From Eubacteriales bacterium (GTDB taxonomy: Bacteria > Bacillota > Clostridia > Oscillospirales > CAG-272), in contig JBGVRT010000133.1 of assembly GCA_045128735.1 (NCBI GenBank), forward strand, positions 22,425 to 86,424: a DNA stretch of 64,000 nucleotides. Direction: 5' to 3'. The translations under genes and the position numbers were made by a program. Position 1 is the first letter of the stretch; every line of letters begins with the position of its first letter. Below are positions 42,748-50,451 of the stretch, in pieces. The notes under the pieces were generated by a model that searched no databases, was not told the origin of the DNA, and saw only the letters and a list, made by a program, of their open reading frames with translations.

Positions 42748-42777
42748 GAAGAAGCGCGGTGCGCTTCTTCTTTTTTC
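42748..42777 (+). terminator. Intrinsic terminator after the small peptide gene
   Basis: GAAGAAGCGC-ggt-GCGCTTCTTC followed by TTTTTT. Confidence 0.75.
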
Positions 42778-42864
42778 TTATTTCGATGCCGATAAATTTT
42801 TGTTTGAAGGTGTTAGCACTGCCACCTTCAAACACTGCTTTATCGGTATAACTATGGGTATATT

Positions 42865-42896
42865 AAAGGGACTGTCTAAATGTGACAGTCCCTTTT
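42865..42896. terminator. Hairpin terminator downstream of the ROK gene
   Basis: GGGACTGTC-taaatgt-GACAGTCCC followed by TTTT on the plus strand and TTTAAT on the minus strand. Confidence 0.55.
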
Positions 42897-42911
42897 CATT
42901 TGGGATTTATT

Positions 42912-43874
42912 TTACATTCCAAGAACTGCCGCACCGATAATACCTGCGTCGTTCTTAAGCTGTGCAATGCGAATTTTTGTTTCCTCAACAATGCCGCTTC
43001 CGTACTGCTGCTCGTGTATAGCAGGATATATCTCATCGATAAGCCACTGACCCTCGTTGGAAACACCGCCACCGAGAGAGATAACCTCAGGCTGGAAGAT
43101 ATTTACGATATTTACAAGTCCCGTAACAAGGTAGGAAAGGTAGGTATCAACAACCTCTTTACCTGCCGCGTCGCCTGCTCTCATTGCATCAAACGCCGTT
43201 CTGCCCGAAATCTTACCCGCACTCGCGACGATTTTAGTCATAAGCGTTTCTCTGCCCTGCGCCTTGCACTCGTCAAGCTTCTCGCTTGTCATATTGATGA
43301 GTGCGGTTGCCGAGGAATAAGCCTCCCAACAGCCCTTGCGTCCGCAGGAGCACTGACGTCCGTTATGCTCGATAACGATATGACCGAGCTCACCGCCCGC
43401 GTAGTTAAAGCCCGAATGAACCTTGCCGTCGTTGATAATACCGCCGCCGACACCTGTGCCGAGGGTTATCATAACAGAGCTCTTGCTTCCCTTTGCCGCG
43501 CCTGCGATAGCCTCGCCCCACGCCGCCGCGTTAGCATCGTTTTCGATATATACCTTTTTACCGCCCAGCTTCTCGGAAAGGAGCTGACCGATGGGGAAAT
43601 TCTTAAAGTTAAGGTTATTAGCGTACTCGACAACGCCTGTATCGTGGTTTGCAATACCGGGAGTAGCTATACCTACTGAAACAATGTCCTTTATATCAAC
43701 CTTTGCCTCTTTACAAACGTCAAGGCAGAGCGCCGCCATATCGGCAACGATAAACTCAGCCGCGCGGTCCGCGCCTGTGGGAATACTCTTTTTGCAAACT
43801 ATTTTGTAATTTTCATCAACGAGACCCGCCGCGATATTTGTGCCGCCAAGGTCCACACCAATTCTGTACATCAT
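42912..43874 (-). CDS. ROK family glucokinase
   Basis: 320 aa. MYRIGVDLGGTNIAAGLVDE, ENDANAAAWGE and the zinc motif GHIVIEHNGRQCSCGRKGCWE. Confidence 0.85.
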   Translation of the reverse strand: MMYRIGVDLGGTNIAAGLVDENYKIVCKKSIPTGADRAAEFIVADMAALCLDVCKEAKVDIKDIVSVGIATPGIANHDTGVVEYANNLNFKNFPIGQLLSEKLGGKKVYIENDANAAAWGEAIAGAAKGSKSSVMITLGTGVGGGIINDGKVHSGFNYAGGELGHIVIEHNGRQCSCGRKGCWEAYSSATALINMTSEKLDECKAQGRETLMTKIVASAGKISGRTAFDAMRAGDAAGKEVVDTYLSYLVTGLVNIVNIFQPEVISLGGGVSNEGQWLIDEIYPAIHEQQYGSGIVEETKIRIAQLKNDAGIIGAAVLGM

Positions 43875-43949
43875 TATTTCTCCTTTAGCCAGAAATTTAT
43901 TTACTTTTGTTATTATACCCTATTTTTTTAGGTGTGTCAATAGGTTTAA

Positions 43950-44813
43950 TCACAATTCGATACAATTAGTTCCCTCTCCCGACACGTAATGAGTCTTTAC
44001 GCCGAGAATATCCATCCATTTGCGCGTGACCGCCGTGCCGTACATTCTGATTCTCTTCATACGAGTCAGCTTTTCAACGTCGGAAAGATATTTGGGAACC
44101 TCAACCTCATCGTAGAGCCACTTGGGGGCGCACCAAAGGCAAGCCTTTGGCATTATTTCGGCATAGACCTCCATACCTACGTTCATATGACCGTGATGCG
44201 CCATTTGCACGATATCGGATTTCAGCAGGTGTCTCGACTCTCTGAAAAGCACGTCGCCGCCGTCGGGACCGAGGTCGCCGAGAAACAGTACACTTGTGTC
44301 GGGGGTGGTAAGCTTAAAGACGAGAGAGCTGTCGTTCATAAGGTTGGCGGTCAGTCCTTCGTGATATGAATATATGAAGTCAATTTTGCACTCGTCAACC
44401 TCTATGCTCTCGCCCTGAGCCGTAAAATGTGCCTTTTCTCCGAGAAGCGGCTCAACTTCAAGGAAGGACGGCAGGGTTTCGTTAAGCTCCCTGCAATAGT
44501 AGCCGTAATCGGGAACATCCTTGTTTTCAATTATACCGTAGGGTGGGAAATTATAGTACACGTGCTCGATATCAAAATCTGCACAGCAATTTTTTCTCAT
44601 TTCATCCACAAATCCGCTTATATGGTCGGTGTGGGCGTGGGTAAGTATCCACGCGGATATATGTCTGCCGCCCACGTGCTCCTTTAAGAGCGGCATATCC
44701 TCGGGGCGTCCGCCGTCAATTATAATGACGTTATCCTGCTTTGTCACCACCACAAAGGACATCATAAACGGACTTGTTTCAGTGAGCTGATAGAGCAAGG
44801 TTTTTTCGTTCAT
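43950..44813 (-). CDS. MBL-fold metallo-hydrolase
   Basis: 287 aa. It has the HxHxDH motif (THAHTDHISG), plus downstream GD and HHG motifs. Confidence 0.7.
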   Translation of the reverse strand: MNEKTLLYQLTETSPFMMSFVVVTKQDNVIIIDGGRPEDMPLLKEHVGGRHISAWILTHAHTDHISGFVDEMRKNCCADFDIEHVYYNFPPYGIIENKDVPDYGYYCRELNETLPSFLEVEPLLGEKAHFTAQGESIEVDECKIDFIYSYHEGLTANLMNDSSLVFKLTTPDTSVLFLGDLGPDGGDVLFRESRHLLKSDIVQMAHHGHMNVGMEVYAEIMPKACLWCAPKWLYDEVEVPKYLSDVEKLTRMKRIRMYGTAVTRKWMDILGVKTHYVSGEGTNCIEL

Positions 44814-44958
44814 TTCAATTCTCCGTCAATTTTATTGGAAGTCGCAATAGATATATGGTCACCGTGCGTCATTATCATAAATCTCATTCAGAAAATACCG
44901 AAGCAAGCATTAAAATTGCGGTTACAAGTGATATAATTTTCTTCATGGGCATTCGCCT

Positions 44959-46239
44959 TTACTTGTCTACCACCATCACGGCAATTCCGTCGGGAATGGC
45001 GGTTATCGTCGGTTTTGGGGTGCCAAGTATCTCCTTGGCTTTATCAAGTGCCTCGTCTATGCTGTGTGCGGGTATCATATGCATATCGCTTATCATACTG
45101 TCGGGGGCTTCGGATACGAAAATCACGTCAGCCTTTTGCAAAATGCGTACAAGAATCTGCCCCTCCCATTGGTCGGGGAGAGTTTCGTTTCTGCCCTTTG
45201 ACAGTATGCCCGACATAATTTTACCCAAATCAGCCTCGTCGGCAAGCTGATGATAGAAGGACTCGCCGCCGTGACCGTCGTTGCATTTTGCCAGCATAAT
45301 TATTACACCGCCCTTTTTAACGGTTGCCTCTGCCGCGGTCATTCCCTTTACCGACTGATAGATATTCTGGTCAAGGGGATATCCGCCGTTGGTGGATATT
45401 GCAATATCGGCAGGAATCGGAGCAACGCGACAAAGCCCCGAAAGGAAGTCACAGCCCGCGCGGTGCGCCTTTTCAACGTCACCCGCCACAGCGTATATAG
45501 CCTCCTTGTTTTCGTCAATAATTACGTTAACAACGTAAGCAAGCTTTGCACGCTTAGCCGCCCAAAGCATATCGTTATGTATTGGATTTCCGTCAAGCAC
45601 ACCTGTTCTCGCCTTATCGCTTGCTATAAACTCGGAGCAATGGTTTGCAAGAACAGTCTCGCGTGAGGCTACGCCCGGAAGCACGCTTTTGCGTCCGCCC
45701 GAAAAGCCCGCGAAGAAGTGTGGCTCGATAAAGCCCTCGGCAACAAGCAGATCTGCCTCTGCCGCAAGGCGGTTTATCTTAAGCGCACCTCCAGACGGAA
45801 GTGTGCCGAGGTGAACCATATCTTCATCATTTGTGGAAATATGCACCTCAATCTTTTCGTTTTCAACAATTTCTTCCCCAAACTTGGCAACAAGCTCCTC
45901 GCGTGTGGTTAAGCGATGGCAGCCCGTAGCTATAAGAATAGTTATATCGGCATCGGGGTTTGACGAGCGAATTTCCTCAAGCATTGGTGGCACGATGACC
46001 TTACTCGGAACGGGTCTGGTATGGTCGCTTGCAATAAGCACGATTTTCTTTTTACCCTTTGCAAGCTCGGCAAGCGAAGGAGAGCCGATAGGCGACTCCA
46101 TTGCCTTTTTTACAAGCTCAATTCCGCGAAGCTCGGCAGTATATCCGTGAAGCGACGAGGTAAGGATACCAAGCAGGTTTTCTCCCTCAAAATCGTATTC
46201 CAGAAACTCTTTTCCGTATGGAAAGCGTACTCTGCTCAT
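44959..46239 (-). CDS. larA: Nickel-pincer-cofactor-dependent 2-hydroxyacid racemase/epimerase, LarA family
   Basis: It aligns by eye along its whole length with L. plantarum LarA (IASDHTRPVPS, AEGFIEPHFFAGFSGGRKSVLPG, ISTNGGYPLDQNIYQSVKGMTAAEA). The cofactor Lys in GGRKS and both catalytic His residues are present. ATG 46239 overlaps the upstream stop (ATGA). Confidence 0.85.
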   Translation of the reverse strand: MSRVRFPYGKEFLEYDFEGENLLGILTSSLHGYTAELRGIELVKKAMESPIGSPSLAELAKGKKKIVLIASDHTRPVPSKVIVPPMLEEIRSSNPDADITILIATGCHRLTTREELVAKFGEEIVENEKIEVHISTNDEDMVHLGTLPSGGALKINRLAAEADLLVAEGFIEPHFFAGFSGGRKSVLPGVASRETVLANHCSEFIASDKARTGVLDGNPIHNDMLWAAKRAKLAYVVNVIIDENKEAIYAVAGDVEKAHRAGCDFLSGLCRVAPIPADIAISTNGGYPLDQNIYQSVKGMTAAEATVKKGGVIIMLAKCNDGHGGESFYHQLADEADLGKIMSGILSKGRNETLPDQWEGQILVRILQKADVIFVSEAPDSMISDMHMIPAHSIDEALDKAKEILGTPKPTITAIPDGIAVMVVDK

Positions 46240-46706
46240 ATATTTTCTCCTTGTTCCCTCAAAAATTTGACCGTCCAATTCTTGGCGTATTCAAAGCCCT
46301 TGTCAAGATAGATTGCGCCTATTACAGCCTCAACGCTGTCGTCGTGCTCGTTGTGGTTAAATCTATTTCTGCCGCTGACCTCATCGTAAAATTTGCCTTC
46401 GCCGTTAAAATAGTATTTGTATATTCCCAACCGTTCGGAAATACCGTAAAGACTTTTATTGTCAACTATCTCCTTTTTTCTGTTGGTTATTTCTTCCTTA
46501 CCAAATCCCTCTTTATACAGCTTTTCGGTCACCGCAAGTCCCAACACCGAATCGCCCAAGGTAGCAAGCGACTGATTGGCGTAATCGTTATTCTCTATTG
46601 GCTCGCGGTTCATTGCCTTTATCAGGAATTCAATGTTATCGTACTCATAATTAAGCTTTTTGGCAAGTTGCTTTATTCTCGACGCAATTTTAGACATGTT
46701 TTTCAC
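46236..46706 (-). CDS. RNase III catalytic-domain protein without a dsRNA-binding domain
   Basis: LATLGDSVLGLAVTEKLY and DDSVEAVIGAIYLD match the two RNase III signature blocks. The best start is GTG 46706, 7 nt after GGAGGAG, overlapping the SGNH stop as GTGA. The track start is 46727. Confidence 0.65.
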   Translation of the reverse strand: MKNMSKIASRIKQLAKKLNYEYDNIEFLIKAMNREPIENNDYANQSLATLGDSVLGLAVTEKLYKEGFGKEEITNRKKEIVDNKSLYGISERLGIYKYYFNGEGKFYDEVSGRNRFNHNEHDDSVEAVIGAIYLDKGFEYAKNWTVKFLREQGENI

Positions 46707-47347
46707 GTTGTTTCTCCTCCGTACCACAATGGGATATCCTTAAGCTTGCTCCAGACAAACTCGCCCATATTCTTACCGCCGAGGTCGTTCAAGTGAATAT
46801 TATCCTTTTGATAATCTTTCGCCTTTACGCGGGCATAGCCAAATCCGCCCTCGGTAAAAATATTTATTACGGGTACGCCGTTAAGGTGACCAACACGCTC
46901 GGCAAGCTCGGCAAACTCAAGCCCTGTAAGCTCTCTTTTTATCTTCTTTTCGGGCTCGATATTATTGCTCAGGATCATAACGATAAGAACTATCTGTGCC
47001 TTGGTATTTTCCTGCAGATATCTTATACACTGATTAAGGCAACCGCAAAAGGATTCATCATCGGTATCGTATACGTCGCCGTGATTGCCGCTTTCATTGG
47101 GAAGGACCTCAAGAGTGATAAGATCTGCGTTTTGCTTGCCGTCATCCATATTCATAACGGCGAGCTTATTGTTGCCTTTGCCGAAACCGTCGGGAGTGAG
47201 ACAACCGCCGGGTATACCTTTATTGACCACCTTAAGCCCCGAAAGCTCCTCAACTATGGGGACGTATTTGCCTTGCGATATACTTGTCATTGACGTGCCG
47301 TATGCGTACCACGTTTTTCCGTTCCAATGATTCATTTTTCCCTCCAT
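46703..47347 (-). CDS. SGNH/GDSL-like hydrolase
   Basis: 214 aa. Block I is WYAYGTSMT (Ser nucleophile), and block V is DNIHLND. The start is 1 nt after the APH stop. Confidence 0.6.
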   Translation of the reverse strand: MEGKMNHWNGKTWYAYGTSMTSISQGKYVPIVEELSGLKVVNKGIPGGCLTPDGFGKGNNKLAVMNMDDGKQNADLITLEVLPNESGNHGDVYDTDDESFCGCLNQCIRYLQENTKAQIVLIVMILSNNIEPEKKIKRELTGLEFAELAERVGHLNGVPVINIFTEGGFGYARVKAKDYQKDNIHLNDLGGKNMGEFVWSKLKDIPLWYGGETT

Positions 47348-47348
47348 A

Positions 47349-48134
47349 TCAGCCGAACACCTCGGCGGCGGCTATGATTTTTATTTTTTCTTCGTCAACC
47401 TTATCTCTGCCGTAAGCGTCGAAAAAGCGTTCTCTGTATTTATCGGTCTTCAGATTAAACCAAAGTGTCCACGCGCCCCAAAAGAGATCAACATGTCGGT
47501 CGCCCACACCGCCGTTTCCAAGGTCGATAAACTTGCTGAGTTTCCAATCTTCAAGCATAATATTTGGCAGACAGTAGTCGCCGTGAAGCAGGACTCTGCC
47601 GTTAATCGCGCTTTTACCGTTTTCGAGCACCGCCCACGCCTCGTCAGCCGAGCGATATCCAAAGCTGTCGGGGAAGCTCGATTTGTCATAGTTTCCCGTA
47701 TGGTAATTTTCTTCGGCAAGCGCAAAATACTCGCTCATTCTGTCCTGTATCGGACAATCCGAAAAATCAAGCTCGTGAAGCCTTCTGAGCTCTGCGGCTA
47801 TAGTGTCGCAAAGCCTTTTGGGGTCGTTAAGGTATTGCGCGTGAGTGCAATCCTCTCCGCGCACCCGCGCACTCAGCATCCAATCTGCGTCGCCGCTGAA
47901 ATAGTAAAGCACCTCTGTTCCAAGCCCTTTACTGTGGAAATACGCCGTCATTTCGGCTTCTCTTTTCAAGCTTCCCACACCGCAGGTCTTGAGGTAATAG
48001 CCATTGTCCTTGTCTACAAACCACACCCTCGCTTCGGGAGAACAGGAGCTGTCGTAAAGCCTTGCGCCTTCGGCAAAACGAGCAAGCTCACAAGGGAGCC
48101 CAACGGGTAGTTTTTTCAATAACGTTCGTTTCAC
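47349..48134 (-). CDS. Aminoglycoside 3'-phosphotransferase-like kinase (APH(3') family)
   Basis: 261 aa. It aligns by eye with APH(3')-IIIa: LHELDFSDCPI vs FHSIDISDCPY, and LHGDYCLPNIMLEDWKLSKFIDLGNGGVGDRHVDL vs SHGDLGDSNIFVKDGKVSGFIDLGRSGRADKWYDI. Confidence 0.8.
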   Translation of the reverse strand: MKRTLLKKLPVGLPCELARFAEGARLYDSSCSPEARVWFVDKDNGYYLKTCGVGSLKREAEMTAYFHSKGLGTEVLYYFSGDADWMLSARVRGEDCTHAQYLNDPKRLCDTIAAELRRLHELDFSDCPIQDRMSEYFALAEENYHTGNYDKSSFPDSFGYRSADEAWAVLENGKSAINGRVLLHGDYCLPNIMLEDWKLSKFIDLGNGGVGDRHVDLFWGAWTLWFNLKTDKYRERFFDAYGRDKVDEEKIKIIAAAEVFG

Positions 48135-48187
48135 TGTTTATGTTTCTGCCGTGTTTCAGGCTTTTCCCTTCTCTCAGAATGACACAT
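48135..48187. repeat. Degenerate solo copy of the TGTCAT..TGAG repeat arm
   Basis: The reverse complement reads ATGTGTCATTCTGAGAGAAGGGAAAAGCC. Compare arm A (ATGTGTCATCATGAGCGAAGGGCGAAGCC) at 48756. It fills the whole APH-deaminase intergenic gap. Confidence 0.5.
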
Positions 48188-48711
48188 CAATCAAATTTTT
48201 TCTTCTTTTTTACTTCATCCATATTTTTAATCAGATCTTCTAATGGGTGATATTCGCCACCCCAATATTCAAATGCGCGCATTCCCTCGTCTTCCAAAAT
48301 TGGACCAATCATTTTTATTGGAATATTCATTTTATTAAATAAATCTTCATAGTCCGGGGTGTCCTCTTCAAACGGAAGCAATTTTTGAAAGCTTTTATAT
48401 GAAACGCCAAAAACAATTGTTCTAACACCCAATGACGCAATCGCCATAAGACAGCGAACACAAGGGGCACAGCTTGTATAAAATATAGCATTTTTGAAAA
48501 CATTATCCTTAACTGTATTTACACATTTATTTACGAGATTGAATTCAGCATGACCGAATACGCCGTTTTTATAGTCGGAAGAGTTTTCTGCTTCTGCAAT
48601 AATATTGCCTTTGCTAACCAATACAGCGCCAAATGTATCATAACCCTTTTTCCCTGCGCTAATTGCTAATTCGTAACATCTCTTTATATACTTTTCATGA
48701 ATTTCATTCAT
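48187..48711 (-). CDS. Nucleoside/nucleotide deaminase of the cytidine/deoxycytidylate deaminase (CDA) fold, GuaD/TadA-like
   Basis: 174 aa. It has the zinc motifs HAE (GHAEFNLV) and PCxxC (CAPCVRC). The overall layout resembles B. subtilis guanine deaminase. By my hand count it is ~34% GC, against roughly 50% in the flanking genes. Confidence 0.75.
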   Translation of the reverse strand: MNEIHEKYIKRCYELAISAGKKGYDTFGAVLVSKGNIIAEAENSSDYKNGVFGHAEFNLVNKCVNTVKDNVFKNAIFYTSCAPCVRCLMAIASLGVRTIVFGVSYKSFQKLLPFEEDTPDYEDLFNKMNIPIKMIGPILEDEGMRAFEYWGGEYHPLEDLIKNMDEVKKKKKFD

Positions 48712-48758
48712 ATGTTTACCTCGTCACATTCGAGTTTAGGTCTCACTTTTCTGTAATG

Positions 48759-49056
48759 TGTCATCATGAGCGAAGGGCGAAGCCCGTAGTCGAAGTTTCG
48801 CGGGTCGAGCGTTAGAGAGCAAGCGAAACCGAGAAGACGCGACTTGTCACGGTGACGAAGGGATCTACATAAGGACAGCAATACGGCTTCGAGCTTAAAT
48901 GTTACTTTTCATGAATATTGTTTTAATTTCGAGGGCATATTGCAAGCCGTCAGTAGATTCCGCTTCGACAAGCCTCGCGCTTTTACTCGCTCGCTTACGC
49001 TTGCCCCGTAAAAGTTCGACTCCGTTCCGCTTCGCTTCACTTCGCTCAGAATGACA
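48759..49056. mobile_element. MITE-like non-coding element: two diverged ~105-110-nt arms in inverted orientation around an 84-nt AT-rich spacer
   Basis: Arm A (48759-48868) runs TGTCATCATGAGCGAAGGGCGAAGCCCGTAGTCGAAG...GAAGGGATCTAC. The reverse complement of arm B (48953-49056) runs TGTCATTCTGAGCGAAGTGAAGCGAAGCGGAACGGAGTCGAAC...GAAGCGGAATCTAC. I estimate ~65-70% identity with indels. There is no ORF of 60 aa or more inside. Confidence 0.55.
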
Positions 49057-49074
49057 AATAAAATATTATTTTAC

Positions 49075-50451
49075 TTAACCTTTTCTTATCAAGCTAACTA
49101 CGTTTTCAACGTGTCCTGTTCTTGGGAACATATCCACGGGGGTGACGCGTCCTATTGTATATCCCAATTCCTTAAAAATCGCGCAATCGCGGGCAAGGGT
49201 ATCGGGGTCACAGGAAACGTAGACGATTCTATCCATTTCACGTTTTGAAAGATAGTAAATAAGCGCAGGGTCAAGTCCTTTCCGCGGCGGGTCAACAATT
49301 ACGGTGGCATTTGCTATAATACCGCCCTCTCGCTCGGCGTTATCAAGGAGCTTTTCAGCGTCGCCCGCGTCACCGCAATAAAATTGCGCGTGCTTTACGC
49401 CGTTTTGGGCTGCATTTTCCTTGGCGCAGGCTATCGCCTCGTCCACAATTTCAATTCCCACGGTACGCTTGGCATTATCGCCTATTGAAATTCCAATCGT
49501 ACCGATTCCGCAATAAAGGTCGAGAAGGGTTTGCATATCGCCCATCTCCTCGGCTTTTTGCTTTGCTATTGAGTAAAGCAACTCGGTGCCGTCACGGTTG
49601 ACCTGATAAAACGCACCTGCCGTTATGCGGAAGCGTTTACCGAGCAGGGTATCTTCTATGTAATCCCTACCGCGGACGGTGCGGTATTTTTTACCGAGAA
49701 CCACGTTGGTATTCTTTTTATTGATATTGACAAGCACGCTTTTTACGCTCGGGAATTTTTCACAGAGTGCTGCGGAAAACTCCTGCTCCAAGGTCAGAAA
49801 GTCTCCGTTAATGACAAGGCAAACCATAATTTCGCCCGTCCCCTTGCCGTATCTGATATACAGATGGCGCAAAAGCCCCGTTCCCTTTTCCTCGTCGTAA
49901 ACGCTCCATTTGTTTTCGTCGGCAAAGGCGCACACAAAGTCGCATATATCGGCAAAAGCTTGGGGTTGAAGCGCGCAGACGTTACAGGGAATGACTTTAT
50001 GGGTTTTACTTGCGTAAAAACCAACGCAGGTTTTGCCCCCCGACGTACCAAAGGGATACTGAGCTTTATTGCGGTAACCGCAGGTCTCGCCCGTACTCAT
50101 AACCTCGTCCACTCTGACCTCGGGAAGTCCGGCTTTTCTGAACGCGTTTTCCACGTATTTCTTCTTAAGCTCAAGCTCGTGTGGGTACTTTATATGGCGA
50201 TAAACGCACCCTCCGCAAGCGTTGGGTGCGTTGCAAAAATCAGTTTCGGCTCTGTTTTCCGATGGTGTGATTATCTGCTCAAGCTTCCCCACCGCAAAGC
50301 TTTTATTTACCTTGATGATCTTTGCCTCTACTCTGTCGCCGCTTACCGCGCCCTTGACAAAGACCACCATTCCGTCAATCCGTCCCACTCCGCAACCGAT
50401 ATTGTTTATATCGGTCACGTCGAGTGTGACGACATCATTTTTATTTAACAT
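49075..50451 (-). CDS. rlmD: 23S rRNA (uracil-C5)-methyltransferase, RlmD/RumA family
   Basis: 458 aa. It has an N-terminal TRAM domain, a 4-Cys cluster (CNAPNACGGCVYRH ... C), a SAM motif LDLYCGIGTIG and a C-terminal catalytic Cys region (YVSCDPDTLARD). Confidence 0.85.
   Translation of the reverse strand: MLNKNDVVTLDVTDINNIGCGVGRIDGMVVFVKGAVSGDRVEAKIIKVNKSFAVGKLEQIITPSENRAETDFCNAPNACGGCVYRHIKYPHELELKKKYVENAFRKAGLPEVRVDEVMSTGETCGYRNKAQYPFGTSGGKTCVGFYASKTHKVIPCNVCALQPQAFADICDFVCAFADENKWSVYDEEKGTGLLRHLYIRYGKGTGEIMVCLVINGDFLTLEQEFSAALCEKFPSVKSVLVNINKKNTNVVLGKKYRTVRGRDYIEDTLLGKRFRITAGAFYQVNRDGTELLYSIAKQKAEEMGDMQTLLDLYCGIGTIGISIGDNAKRTVGIEIVDEAIACAKENAAQNGVKHAQFYCGDAGDAEKLLDNAEREGGIIANATVIVDPPRKGLDPALIYYLSKREMDRIVYVSCDPDTLARDCAIFKELGYTIGRVTPVDMFPRTGHVENVVSLIRKG

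Noticed and set aside
44959-48711. Calling the deaminase plus APH/SGNH/RNase III/LarA block an anti-phage defence system
   Set aside because: None of the hallmark defence modules is present (no NTPase/helicase, nuclease-sensor pair, TIR, SIR2 or Cas). LarA and the APH-like kinase fit small-molecule chemistry at least as well. It is reported as an unexplained operon, without a defence label.
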